In this document: in pieces, positions 36,731 through 50,367 of the stretch
Layout of the letters: the number at the start of each line of letters is the position of its first letter
Position numbering within the stretch: position 1 is the first letter of the stretch
NCBI RefSeq assembly: GCF_964194025.1
Contig: NC_134474.1
Location: forward strand, 21,948,001 to 22,012,000
Direction: 5' to 3'
From: Convolutriloba macropyga
Lineage: Eukaryota
DNA length: 64,000 bases
Translations under genes and position numbers: made by a program
Notes under the pieces: model-generated
Databases searched by the model: none
What the model saw: the letters and a program-made list of their open reading frames with translations, nothing else
What the model was told of the DNA's origin: nothing

Positions 36731-38450
36731 TAACTTTTACACCGTATTGGAGTCCACTCTTGCATCGCACGTTTAGTCATCTGAGATAATGCTTCAAAAA
36801 TCCTCCGATTGCAGCCCACTTTTTCATTGCAATTCTGGTCACCGGGAGTAGTGCCTTAAAAGCTGTCCCTTTGCAGCCCCAAGCTCACATCATTTTGGCC
36901 CCCTCACTCTTGCATCTGCCATTGATAACTGTTCTCTGCCTTTCTGGTCTTTGGGATCAGGTTATCTGAGAAAATCTTTTCGTCTTGATTTATATTGATC
37001 ATATTTTTTGAACATATCTTTGATTTTTGAACTCATAATGGTAAATTGATGGAATCTGTTTGAATTTTGATGCCAATTTCCTGTTACAAACGAAAATACA
37101 TCTTACATTCCATCTTTTGTGATTACCAATATAGTCTTTTGTGTTGGCCTTGTTGAGTACTGCTATGATGAAGCGATCGCGCAATGTTTTAAAATCAAAG
37201 AAGTCATTGCTTTCATTACTAAATCTATAGATAGTCAAATCGTGGTTCGGCTCTGTTTATTCAACCATGATGTGTTTTTGTTCTTATTTTGTCTGCTTAA
37301 AGAATTCAATCAACCGATGCTGGCACATATGTTTGCTGTATCAAATAACTTTTTCTGTTCTATAGCCCAATATTTTTAAATTTGCCGGTGGTTCGCATTC
37401 GTCAAAAGCGTTGAAATCACCATACTCAACCAAACCGTTGTTTTCCAGGTTGTTGGTTTCTGGATGAATTAAAGCAATGCAGAAAATTGGCGATGTAATT
37501 TTTTGAATAGATATTGTAGAATCATCCTGCACTTAAAAGCAACGTAATAGGGAAGACAAACAAAGGACTTCCTGATTTTGCTTCAAATGTTGCTGGAAGT
37601 ATCTATTTGTCTATTTGACATAAATTTTTGTCGAAGTGAACTTACGGTTGAAAACGAATGTTTAAGGTTTTGCTTCTTGCAATGCCTTTACGGTGTTTTC
37701 TTCTGCCAGCTTCTCTTTTTTTCGTCAAAGAATCCCTGTTTGCTCAAGGTGGTTTGACAAACCACGGCAATTGAACATCAATAAAGTAGCCATTTTTGGT
37801 CTGTTTAGCAGCTGTTTTTTTAGTTTCTTGAAAGTCTTTGATTTTCTCACTGATTATTGCTTTATCAAGCTTACTAGGTTGCAATAGAGTTTAGCTTGTT
37901 GTTTGCTTTGCTGGATCTCGCTTGTCGTCGGAAGTCGGCAGCTTTACGAGGTCAATTCCTTTATAATTTTTTTGTCGATTTGTAGCTCTAGCTGTCTTTC
38001 TTCGTTGTTTTCGATGTCGCTTCGATGTCGCTTCGATGCCGGGATGATGTTGTAACTCTTTCTCGTTTAACCTTGCATGTTCATTCTCAGCATGAGTCGT
38101 TTGGAAAACTCACCATAATCAGTCTCCACAAATCCTCTAAAGTAGTGGACGCAGTGCGTTTCAGGAAAATGAGGCCGTTGATCGTCAGGTAACTGAAACC
38201 CTCGGTGGCATTGATAGGGGCTATGACAAAACATTTTTGCAGTCTTTTCTCGTCAATTTGCAAAACGGCACATTTACAAATCGTAATTTTGGGTCAAAAG
38301 GTTACCTGGAATTATTTACTGTCGATTACATAATTATTACTTTTTTGTTCTTTTTGCGTCAGCTTTCTTTGCGTTTACCTGTTATCACGGGCACAATTGT
38401 CTTTTGCATCTTGTCTTAGTGACACTTAACGATCTAAACAAACATGAAAT
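36731..38450 (-). pseudogene. Non-LTR retrotransposon (APE-type LINE, L1/Tx1-like) ORF1 end plus ORF2 endonuclease/linker, copy 2
   Basis: MATLLMFNCRGLSNHLEQ (~37790-37740), KALQEAK, LVEYGDFNA (ORF 37341..37532) match APE motifs; no RT domain retained. Confidence 0.75.
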
Positions 38451-40249
38451 AGTTATAATCCCTCTTCGAGTCGTAAAAAAGAAAAAAGCATAGTTGTTTC
38501 TTTCGAACTCAATTAACGCTTTTTTTAACGAAGAAAAATCAAATAGAGGGAAAATGAGGAACTAATGAGGATCACTTCTACGTCAGGTTTACTACTGCAC
38601 TAATCTCAATTTCAATTTTCCTACGCTATTGGTACGCTATCTGGATTTTTCGCGAGGCTCATACTTTTATAAACTATAATCACTTCTAAATCATTGTTAT
38701 TGGTGGAGTCATCTGGTCTGGTGACCTTGTTTCTGTCATTTGAAAAACCGCTTTGCCCGAAAGCAGTATTTTGTGTAATCAAAGATAAAAAGCATATTCT
38801 CAGAAAAAATTTTTTTATGTATTAGCTGCAAGGATCTTTTTTGTTTGTTAAGGTGTTTGTTTTGGTGAGGCTACCATTAGACAAAACTAGGTATAGGTTT
38901 TTCAACTTGCTCTTTGGGAAAATTAGGCGAAAACACATTAAAACTTTTTGAAACGGTATTCAAGGTCACTTGACGCTACAAATTACTCATGTACCCATGG
39001 CAACTTTCCTGGCATGACGACGAGCGAAAGTATAATTCTACTAATTTTCAACTTTTTACACGCTGTAGTACACCACTCAGTGTTATCTGAGAACACAATT
39101 TTTCCAAAAGTGGCGCCGGAAAGGTGAAAATTTTACAAGTTTTTAAATATTGAGGTAAAAAGGTAAACCTTTGGGTCACAGGAAACATCGCGAAAAATGA
39201 TTGTGGGATGGAACAAAACTGAAATTTTGACAAAAGATCAAATGAAAAAAAAATTTTCGTCTATACTTGTCTGCTATAATGATATTAGGCACTTGCTAGG
39301 TACAGTTGAGTACTTTTTATTGTCAAGTGAAGTTTTATGTATCGCTTTTTGTTGTGTCTTAATTGGTTTTTGCATAGTTCCCACAAATACTTAGTTGGCA
39401 AATCGCGCTCACTGCTACAGAAATTAGCTTCATCTAGTGGATTTTGCGCCTAATGTCCCCACACAACAATTAGCAGTCTTTTATACGCAAGACAGCATGT
39501 TGAAGCTCAATCTTCAATTTTACTTTCACTGATTTCTCATTTGACTTTCTGTTCTAACATGATTTGATTTTGTTCCTTTCCTTGAAATTCAACTGACTAT
39601 TTTCTGAAGAAACTAAAAGTGCGAGTTTAAAATTGTCAAATCAATCTTGTAGGCTAGTCAGCCAATGTCTGTGAACCTGATAAAAATGAATTGCAACAAG
39701 AATTTTGGAAATGATGTTAAAACAGGGCGTACTTTGAATTTTTTATGATAAAAGATTTTCATATTCATATAACTCAAATATTTTTTGCTATGCTTAAAAA
39801 CAATTAAGAACAGTAACTGCGATTCATCATGAATACAAAACAAAAAAATTGAAAATTAGACAATTGAATAAACAGAAAAGTGCAGATATAAATGAGAAAG
39901 TAGAGGTAATAGTTTCAAAATATGACAAGAGACTGATGATTATAGCAACAATCGTTTATTAGAAAATATTTATTTCTCTCCTTCTAACGATGAACAAAGT
40001 AGAAAAAGTAAAGACGTCTCAATTCTAAGTAACCTATATCCACAACAGCTATTCGCGTATATTTAAATAAACATCTAATATCATTTTTATAAACTGAAAC
40101 AGTCTTTGTCCAAATGTTTTTGATATCACAGAACGTGGTGATGCGCAGTTAAACTTCCACGACGAAACAAGACCAATTTTGACGTTCTGTGACTATCTGA
40201 AAAAACCATTGAAATCAAATTCACATCACAACACTAACACTGAAAGCAG

Positions 40250-42650
40250 ATGGAGCTGTAGGAAAATTTCTGCTCAATTAACATATCAATATGAAAAAAC
40301 ATCTCTACAAAACAACTGATTGCATCTTCTGTCATCTAATAAGCGGACCGTTAAAAAACTCACTGCGTTCACTTTGCATATTAGTTGAAAAATACAATGC
40401 AACCAACAGACAACAGTCGTATAGAGCTGCATTTCCCAACCTGAGGTAACACTGAAAACTCTTGCGAGCAACAATACAGAGGCTCTCTTATCGGTTGTGC
40501 AGTATGAATTTCCTGAGATGCCCAATCAAACTGCTCAAAACCACAGTAAACTAAATAAAAACAGTTCTAAACTGTTCATACTGTATAAAAAATTTATACC
40601 AGGCTGTTCAACACTAATCTGCGCTGAACAATTAAATTTCAGACAAAGAATATTAAAAACTCCACTCAGCAAACACATTAAAACCACCGGCATAGTAAAC
40701 AAACAAGAAGAAGAGAAGTTGATCCCAAAAATCAGGAGACGTGAGGTCGATTAGGATGCAACAGTCAAGATCATTCCGAAACAGTATCGAACCTATGACT
40801 TTGACGTTATTCAGGTCACGTATAACACTCTCCAGGATTGAAATACTTGTTTGGACAAACTTTTGGATATTTTCTACGAAATTTCCACGTCAAATTATGC
40901 CGAATATGGGCAGCATAATATGATTGCTTGTATGAGAAAAACGTCTCTTTAGTTCAAAAACGTCTTCATATTCAACTTTATCAAAATGATATCAACCAGA
41001 TACACATGTTGCTATAAAGAATAAGGCTCAACATCACAAGGAAGTATAGTTTGCATAACATATCTTTTTACTATTATAATTCATAACAATCATCACCATC
41101 AGATAACTCTCTACGTAGTGCAATCTCAGTATTACTTCAATATGACTCCTACTTAAAAATGACCAATACAAACGGTAAGCACTTTTATATCTCTGAACAA
41201 ATGGAACCCGGCAACTAACAAAGAGAGAGCACTGAGAGAAATCAACCATTGAGTTTTCAAAATCAGATCGAAAGCTTTTCATCCAACAGCCAGCAACAAA
41301 AGGAAAAAGGAAAAGGAACCTCCAAGAAAATTTCGAGGAAACGGCATTGGATGAGTTGGAGAAAACACAAGAGATATAAGCGCACTGAACAAAAATTAAC
41401 CCACAGATTTGAACAGAAGCAGTTTACAACAGGGATTGTTTCGGACAAATATGGAGCAGATCAGTATTCGACAAATTATAAAGAGAGAAATGAACAGAGC
41501 AAAAAACTTGACTAAATCGAAATTAAAAAACAATGGGAAACCGACTGGCAGAATGAATCTAACGTACCAGCTGAAATGGAAAACCTTGTTTTTAAAAAAA
41601 TAAAAAAAAATGAATGCCTCCTAGCCCAGAGGAACCCAAAGATCTTCAGTGCCCAGACGACGATTAATTCAAACATTAAAGAAACCTCATACCTCAAAAA
41701 TTAGTACTGAATGTTTGTCAAAGGACACCTGCAACGACTATGACACTTAAGACAAACGAGTTTCAAGAAAAATGTAACTTTTCTGCAAAAATTTTGTCAA
41801 AGAACAAAACATCGAAGCTACGGTTTTTAGGAGATGACGCGAGCCACAAAGAACCATCGAAACCAAAAAATTGATCTCCAAGTTTGCAATTTCCATCTTC
41901 AAGCAGTCAGAAGCAATCAATTGATAGAATCAAATGAAAAATTTTCTTGTTTAAAAAAGGAACAATTTTTTACAATGGTTATATCAAGATCACACAGAAT
42001 CCATTCAACCGTCAATCCACTTCAGCAGAATCAAATCACCCGGTAAAACAAACTAGGAATCGACACAACCAAAGTCAGAGTGTACAGGAAATCGCAGACA
42101 GATAACAAGTGTGGGAGATGCCAAAAAAGGCCCAATTTTGGACAACCCCAAGTCCGCTTCGAATTCAAAACTCAATTATCTGATGACACCGCTAATTCAA
42201 CAATCGATTAGTCAAAGAAAATTTATCAAATCAAAGAAACCATCAAATCGATTAGTCAAGGAAAATTTATCAAATCAGAGAAAACCGCACATCAAGTGAA
42301 ACTTCCCAATGACACGTTTGAAAATGGGACCACCTCAAAATAAGCGGTATCATTTTCTCCGAAACAACAATAGATGACAATGTTTTCTGTAACGCAGCTC
42401 AGAAAACTTCTGTTCTCCACAACGCCTTCAAAGACCGCGCAAAAATTGATTTTCAAGTTTCATATGATAGAGAGACGATTATCTGAACAACAAAAATTGA
42501 AGCCAGGACAAAACTTCGAAGACTACAACTGAACATTGCAGCAAATCTCAAAAATTGGAACGGTGGTGGGTTCTTAAATGGAAAAAAACGGAACGCGTCA
42601 CACTATTTGCAATTTTTCTTAGACAATTAGTGCAATTTATTTTTTTTTCA
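40250..42650 (+). pseudogene. Very old non-LTR retrotransposon (APE + RT) relic
   Basis: Faint motifs in the expected order: TNTNGKH...NPAT...KSTIE (APE), GFxxxRAT...EQFFTMV (GFR...AFDxV), GxPKKGPIL and QLSDDTA (GVPQG / YADD) near 42115-42190. Confidence 0.45.
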
Positions 42651-42789
42651 TAACTACACTCGAGCTGCATTCATCCACCGTTCTGATAACAGCTGAAGGA
42701 ATACCTCCTCCTGCAATGATAAAAAAGAGTTGGAACAAACATGCCATCCCTAAAGGAATGATTCATTCAAACCTGGTTCATTTTATTCG

Positions 42790-45539
42790 TTTCACCAATC
42801 TTCTTGGTAAAGTGCTACTGATACTCTTCCTAAAAACTAGAGTGTAGTTGCTGTAATCCCACTTATTCCTGAGCATGCGTGATGACTCTTCCGCAGATGA
42901 AGTAGTCACTTTCAGTCCAATGGATTGAGATGACCCGTCAATTCGGCCGGCCACGTCTCTTATATTCCTCGAAAAACTTAGTGAAACTGAACCCAACTAG
43001 ATGCAGAAATTGCACCAATTTTCTTTGAACCACGTTCGGCGTTCTAGTGCGGCTTCACCATGTCTAAATATGGGGCGATATAACAGTTCTCAGAGACGGC
43101 TTTTGCTGGTTTTGGGTACCTGATAATATTAAGAAGTGCTGTGCGTTGTAGCGCGTATTTCGCAGAAGTGGGTAAATCTTTAGCTTCAAGTACATGGCTC
43201 GTGTTTCGATGCCCACAACGTTTGATGTGGGGTCCTCACATCACAAACATTTCAAAGATAACTAGTCGAATTATGGAAGACTGACCTGTGAAAATATTCC
43301 CCCTAAATTTGTCTAAAACGCATATGGTTGTTCTCGCACAGTTAAGAATCCATGAATAAGTTTTTGTATTTAATTTGAACCAGTAAGTACTGCTCCGTTC
43401 AACGGTGAAATCTGGATTTTAGCTGCCCCCTTGAACGCCCTGTTAGTCGGATTATTAACCCGGTGTTCCAGTAGATAGCACTGGCGATATCAGCGACTTT
43501 CCAACTTGTTAGCTTCGAAAACCTTTACTACATAAGCTTTATCAAGATCCTCTTGCAGGATGTTAGTGTTTTTTTCTCAAAGTCTTTGAACATCGTTGAG
43601 CCTTAGTGCGTCACCGTGCAATCCGGGTCCATCTTCGAGACTACTGGAATGGTAAAACAGGCGGCATCCCATAAAACTAAAACTGGGGTATCTGTACCAG
43701 AAGAGTTAACCAACTTTGTTTTAATCACTTGAAGGATGCCCTTCATATTACTAACAGATCACGTATTAGTGGTCTCAGTTAATGACTGCCCATTTGATGG
43801 TTTATTTTGATGTAACGTTGTGTTGCTGCTGTTAATTTTCCTTCAGTCTATAGGTGAGAAAATTTCTTCATTTCCAAATGGAAAAGTACATTCTGAGTTT
43901 TTGCAACCGTCGTATTGGCATTTTTGGTCTAGGGCACTGACTGAGCAAATGTATTTCTCCTAAGCAAGAAAGACAATCTTTGCCTCGGCCGGTATTTTAG
44001 TTAACTGATTGGGAGTTTTATCTGTCAATACTCGTCACTCCCATATGCCGTGATTACCCCCACACAATGCAGCGAGAGGATTGAGGGGCTCCCAATGTTG
44101 AGGCAAGACTTTGAGTGCCCCTAGTTTGCGTATTAGCAGCAAATAAATTTGAAACAACTGGATTAAAGAATTGGTGTTATCGTCCGTTCTTGTCTTTCCG
44201 ATGTTTGTTTCATCAAGTCAAGTGTCTCGGTTTTTTTGCTTTAACCAGTCATTGAAGTAGAGGTGTGTCGGTTTTACCAATTGCTTTTGGACAGTGAAGA
44301 GTGACGCAGACTTTTTCATGTTGGGTGGACTGTCTTGTTTTCGCACTGCCGTGTTAAGTCATCGTCATATGAAAATGAGTTAAAGACCCCAACAAGACTT
44401 GAAATGGCTGGTCGAACTGATGTTTAAGTGTCTTAAGTCAATCTTTGTTCATCACGCCAAAGTAGGCAAACTCATCGATGGCGGTTTTGGTTTTTCCAGT
44501 CAAGAGAGTTTCCATGTATGCCGAATTGACGTTGTCTGTCAAGTACTGCAAGTTTATGGTGCTTTTAAATTGCGCAAACCATTCTAGCTACAGCAGTGGG
44601 TCACCATTATGCTGCAACAAATTCTTTTCAGGCAATGGATCGTTCTTCATACCAGTTAATGCGTCTGCGGAAATCAAAAATTGTTTGGATCCAGCGAACG
44701 ATCAGCTGCATGGGTTGAGCAGACAAGACATGGGTGCTTGTTGAATAAAATCGGTGCTGCCAGGTTTTTGTGGGATTGGAAAACATGAATAGTGGATTTG
44801 AGGGAAGTAGTAGATGCGATAGTTAGGGTAAAAGTAAGAGTAGGGAATTGTGTTACCATGCTTGGCATTACGGATAGAATTAAGGTGGGAGGGATAAAGG
44901 GAGACATTGCTGAGGTAACAGGTGCTGCTCGCGGACTTTTACCTATCAAGTGACAAAACATTGAGGTGCCTGCAGTTGCAAATGTTCATTAGACTTATTG
45001 TGTAAAGTTCACTGGGCTCAATTTGTACTTGTGGGAGCCTTATAGAAAAATAAAAAAAAAACAAAAAATGATTTGTGTTAGCGGTGTTCAAATTTTCTGG
45101 TCTTCTCAGTCTGCGGGCTGTATAATGACTTCCTTAGGGCGAGCCTGCATAATTTATTGTGACTTGAAATAAAAGTAGCTACGGACTCGGAGCGTTTAAT
45201 GGCGGGAGACTGAACGTTCGCGCTGCAATTGAGGAGCGGATGTAGAAGATTAAAGGTTAAACGCACTGGTGTCAACTTTGTTGCCATCACTATTACCATG
45301 GGGGAAATTTATTTGCCGCTTCCTGCTTAATGCAGCCGTGTTTGCAGAAGAGCCTGGTTAACAACTTTTTCGTTGGCACTTGATAACGCTGCTGCGTTGA
45401 AGGTGTACGGCAAATTAATTTCAACTGCATTGATGTCATTAAAAATGGCAGTCAGTTATTGTTTCAAGGCAGAATTTACCGAAGAGACTTGGCGTGACTT
45501 GGTTTCCTGTGGTGCTTTCTCTCTCTCTTCTCGCTCTCG

Positions 45540-45583
<44 letters not shown>

Positions 45584-45800
45584 TTGTCTTCAACAGAATC
45601 ATTGTATTCTTGTCAGTTTTGCTAGGGAAACTGTTGAGCCAGTACTCAAGATTCTCATGTGTGGAAGACTCAGGTGTTCCAGCCTGCACTGTAGTTTAAA
45701 ATAGCTCCTCGATCTTCTCTATGAGTTTCACAAAAAACAGCTTTGCTCTTTAGAATGAGACCATGACATGCCTATCCTTCTAGCTGTGGCATTGTCTAGT
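42790..45800 (-). pseudogene. BEL/Pao LTR-retrotransposon gag-pro remnant
   Basis: Minus strand QHNGDPLL*LEWFAQFKSTIN...LLTGKTKTAIDEFAY, PPNMK...KPTHLYFNDWLKQK, and Cys/His knuckles (CLSCLGEIHLLSQCPRPKKCQYDGC); many stops. Different family from the element at 14640. Confidence 0.8.
45519..45579. repeat. (CT)n/(CTCG) microsatellite
   Basis: Seen directly; produces the ERERE/SLSLS tracts in ORFs 45456..45689 and 45373..45699. Confidence 0.95.
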
Positions 45801-46399
45801 TCATCCTGGATATTCCGTAGGTCAGGCGCCAACGTTGTTCATGCACTATACAATCTATTAAACTCTTCCTGTAGGGTATTCTCGATCTTACAAAAAAGAG
45901 GAACCAAAAGGATTATTCGCTATTAGAGAGTGAGCATACAAACACACTCAAAAACGATAATCGGTTAGACCAAACCCTAGGAGAATCATTTGCCAAGGAA
46001 ACTGACAAAAAACAATGTTTTTGTTGGATTCAGAAGTACCCGACGAAGGAACTGCAGCGAAACATACAGTAGTGCACGTTGCCAAGCGAAATGTGAAACG
46101 GGACTGGAGGGACAGAAACGCACGCCGGGCAAAAGACACACGACTGGAGAGCAATGGGATCGACGGAGCGGAAAAGTTGGGCGACGGGAGTGGCAAACAG
46201 CGCAAGAAAACGAGGCGACGTGGAACGAGCAGCGCACAGCGGAACGGGAAGACAAGCGGACGAAAGGGAATTGTCGAGCAGACATCGCTTTACAAAACGG
46301 GAAGATTGGAAAAGACCGTCAGGAAAAAAGCAATCAGCAGGTAAAGAGGCAGGAAGATATATGCTAGCAGCTCACCACAACAAACTCAACCGAAAAACC

Positions 46400-48050
46400 T
46401 AGCTGTAACTTCAAAAGAAGCTTAAAACCAACCTTCGGAAAGAAGAGCGAACCTACAACAAGACAAACTAGCACAAATCGTTTTGGGGTTTCATCCACCA
46501 GCAACAAATTGAAGGTAAAGCAGTCGATTGATAAAATTTGAAAACATTCAAGAAACTTACAAGTCGTAAAACCAGAATCATTTTGTGTCACAACCTAAAA
46601 AAAGGCCATAATCAGACAACAAAAAAAAATACTACCAAAAAATTAAACAAGCAACAACAAAATGAAAGCAACATAATTTTGTTAAAATTGCAAAACAAAC
46701 CTGGCTTAACTCAAGAACAAACTTAAGTCAAACGCTATCAAGCTGGAAGACTAAACAACCATCCAGAAGACTAGCAGCGACGTGAATTTTTCTGCCGAAA
46801 AACTCAAAGTACTACATACAACAGAAAAACTGGAAAAAAAAGAAGGAGATACAGCAAAATGGAAGCAAGAGGGATGAAAAAAAGTTTTTTAAAATGAAAT
46901 GAAATTGACTATGGAAAAAGCATACCGAAAATTTTGTTTTATCTAAATTAATTGAAAGAGCGAAAATTATATTAAAGAACTTTTGAAGACATCCAACAAC
47001 AAACTAATCCTTAACTCGTCTTTAATCTAAGTGACACCACAAGTGGGCAGGTGTACTCCAACAGTAATGCAAATCTAACCGAAATTTATTTGATCAAAGG
47101 TATCAGTAAGTTTCAACTTCTCAAACGCACGACGGATACAAAAAGTTTGTCCAACAAGGCTTAGATTTTTCGTTCGGGAACGTCTGATTAAGGACCGGAG
47201 GTTTTTCTTATGCGCTGACACTATTGTCAGGGTTTCCAGCTCAAGTAAATAAAAAGTTCTGATGTGGTGCTCTCTATTCTCTGTGTATACTAGGGGCTTT
47301 CTGTTTACGTTTGGGCACTTTAATTTTCACTTTATTGCAAGTAATTAGAGTTCTACGGTTGAGCTTAAGTATTAGGACTAGAGAAACTGCAGGTTCTATA
47401 CGCTTCTGATTTTTTCGAGCGCTGAGTTGAGCTGTGTCTCTGTTAATGCTCTATTTTTATTGCTTTGAGAGGCAATGATTTGTTCGTTCATCACATCATG
47501 CCATAGAACTGGGCTCTTTATATCATAATAGAAATGATTCAATTGCAATTGTGCAGTTTTTCTTTCTTTCCCGGCAAATATCAGACAGAGTAATGTTTAA
47601 ATCTATTTTTTGTAATAGTCATATAACGCTTGGGGCAAGGTTTTTATGGCATGAAGCAGAACTTGAAGCTAGTATGAAGACCAAAACATTTTTTACTTTG
47701 CTAAAACTCCGAAGCTTAAAGAGTGTTTGTCTGGTTTTTGAAAAAAAAAAATTTCCAAGAATGAATGCAATTTAGAGTTTTCTGATTTCCTCGTTGTCAA
47801 ACTTGACGAACGTGACCATTTTTTCTCGAACGTGATCTTCTACTAGCAAAATTATTAAGGTTTGGGTTTTTGATGACAAAATTGCCGTCGAAGCAGATAT
47901 ACGACTGCTCAATAACTTGGGTTCAACTAGATTTGCCGAATAAGATAACAAATTCCAAAAGCATCAAATAAACCCTTTTTAAGATAGTGTAACGGTTTTT
48001 TCTCTTCGGTGGATTAATCTGATTGCGTTGGATTAGATCCGTTTTACTTA
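46400..48050. pseudogene. Possible Penelope-like element fragments in opposite orientations
   Basis: Plus strand LVFNLSD...NLTEIYLIKGISKF (~47015-47115) resembles a PLE N-terminal motif; minus strand PCPKRYM...ESFLLxYKEPS (~47500-47650) resembles a GIY-YIG end. Very decayed. Confidence 0.35.
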
Positions 48051-48079
48051 AACTGTGTTGATTCCAGGGACCGGTTTGT

Positions 48080-49010
48080 CAGGTCCTATGAAATGTTGTT
48101 TTGATCACTCCCCAGGCCTAAGTACACACTTAAGAAACGACAACGCTCGACCAAAATGTATTATGAAAAGACCGTACTCGACTCATTTCAGCTATGAGGA
48201 GACGTTAGCTGATTTTGAAGTCATGCTAGACTTTAGCTCGACTCACATTTTTCTCAAAAGACTGGAACTGGACTCCAAATTTTCTCGAAGGATTTTAGCT
48301 CGGCCCAAAACTTTACGAAAGACTCTAGCTGGACCCAAAGTTGGAGCTGGAATTAAGCTCGACCCAATGTTTGCAAAAACAATTACCTAGACTCAAAAAG
48401 GTTTTCATTGTCCAGCTAGGGGTCCTATCATAGCCAATTACAGACGAACAATGTCTTTCCATGGGTCCACCATTTGTTTTTTCACAACCAACAAAATCGA
48501 TTTCATGTCTTTCCATGGTTCCACCGTTAGTCTTTTCATAAACAATTAAAGTTGAGCAAAATTTTGTCATGGGTTCATCATTAGTCTTTTCATAAGTCTG
48601 TTTTTTTGCCTCTTAATCTCTACGTGCAACTCTATTGTTCATTACGGCTTATAATCTAGTCAGCATGTATGCTACTTCTTTTTTTACGTTTATCAACAAC
48701 CACAAATCCCCGATAAACCTGCATGGTTTTGGAAAAATGATGATTCATAATTTTGAAAGGGAACGCAAACCTAATAACCCCACTTTTTGTCATGGCTAAT
48801 GGGAACAGGACAATTACACTAAGGCTACCTGGCTTCCTTCAACCAATTAATGTGGCAATATACTCCAGCTGCCATAATGCTTTATCTTAAGAGTTGACAA
48901 AGTTCCTAAACCTTTAGTCAGTTTTTCAACTCTTTCTTAAGTTGGATTGCTCTGGTGCACAGTTGTTCTGTCTGGCTTCGGTGCTGCTTCTGTATTTACA
49001 GAAGCAGAAC
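48080..49010. repeat. Second copy of the CTCGACCCAAA-motif repeat family
   Basis: About 10 spaced motifs at 48140-48400, then segments homologous to 20790-21070 (cgtgcaa...gcttataa...gtcagcat...gctacttc; atggcta...caattacac...acctgg). Confidence 0.65.
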
Positions 49011-50367
49011 AAAATACCAGTGTTAAAGTCCACTGAAAAGAAAAAGATTTTTTCAGTGTTAACTTTATAAATCTTTTTTATTTTCTACCCTGTCTCATTA
49101 AGGACAGGTCCCATGTCCGTTTTATTGAACTAAAATTAATATTAACTTTGTTGAGCGTTTTGTTTTTTGAATGAACATTGAGCTCTGATCGTAATTAATG
49201 ATTGTTTTTGCTATGAGATTTTTGTTGTTTGCTTTGTCTCGTTGATGGCATTTCTCGTCGGACATTTTGAGCGGCATTATTAAATTCATTTGATGGTTTG
49301 AGTTTAACGCAATTTACAGTCCTACACCATTTATTTTCAAAAAAATGCATTTTTTTGAAATTTTTCAATCTTTTCCTAATTTGGAAGACAGTTAAGTCAA
49401 AACTCTGGATGAGCAGGGTTCAAAAATTATGTGCAAACCCACGTTACCGAGTGTAGTTGTTATTTTCTAAATTGCACTCTAGAAACCTTTTGGCGTTATA
49501 ATGTCAAGTTCTTCGACTAGTCTACAAAGGATGCAGCCTGCTCTTGAAACTTTAACGGATAATTTTCCAAGATAATATAACCAATGCCGCATTATACTCA
49601 ATTTATACCTTATTCCGTCTTTTCTTTCAGTAATGCAATTATAATTTAGCTCGAATCTCGGTTTTTCAAGTGATATTTCAAACTTACGCGGATAATTTAG
49701 TTTCATATTCGGTTGTGACAGTTTCATATTCGGTTGTGACAGTTTCATATCAAGTCCCACGAGCCGCTGATGCATGACCAAATGCACTTAGCTAAATATT
49801 AAGCTAAATAATCTTTCCGTTAATTTCAGTTTTAGGATTAAACATTGAGTATATATTGCGTATTTTATCACATTGGGTATATTGGCATTGTGTATTTTGT
49901 CCTGCATGACACCATTTTTGCTCAGTCAAATTGCTGGAGCGATTTTGTTGTAAATCTCTATTTATTATTCTAGGATGTCGGTTGACTGCACGAAAGAAAG
50001 ACACGATATATTTTAAGAGAGAGCAATTATGGAAGAAAGGGATCTCTCTGTATGGAAAATATCCGTCTGCTCTGAAAGGAAAGCGAGTACAACTGAATGA
50101 TTTTCCTCAATTCCTTCCCTGGCTTGTCGAAAGTAAGTCTACACAATGAATCGAAACTTGATACAGCTTGGTAAGAAAAAATCTTGACATATCATGCAAA
50201 ATTTGGATTATCTTGCAAACTTGAGTTAAAACCATCTCTCTGTAAATTTTATAAGATCTTGGTAAGATCTTATCAAGATAAAACAAGAAAATTTCCTGAC
50301 AGCTCTTGACAAAATCCTGCCAGGTCTCGATAAAACTTTTTGTCATTTGAAATTGCTGTTCGATATA

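Larger units (their letters stand above)
27120..37160. repeat. Large tandem array of ~5 composite units (1.1-1.7 kb each)
   Basis: Landmark aaaacaaataaaacaaaactaaac at about 27390, 28800, 30016, 31648, 34310; each unit = GTCGCAC block + unique segment + C-rich minisatellite-like block + LINE ORF2 fragment. Confidence 0.9.

Noticed and set aside
42790-44600. DIRS/Ngaro tyrosine-recombinase retrotransposon
   Set aside because: Apparent RRGR and KIDL motifs were chance frames; a longer coherent translation matches BEL/Pao gag with zinc knuckles.
45813-45831. PBS TGGCGCCTGACCTACGGAA for the second BEL/Pao element
   Set aside because: Only TGGCGCC resembles a tRNA-Lys PBS and the LTR end is not convincing; cannot be supported.
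47160-47260. Hammerhead ribozyme in a Penelope pLTR
   Set aside because: Could not find the CTGANGA...GAAA core with supporting stems.
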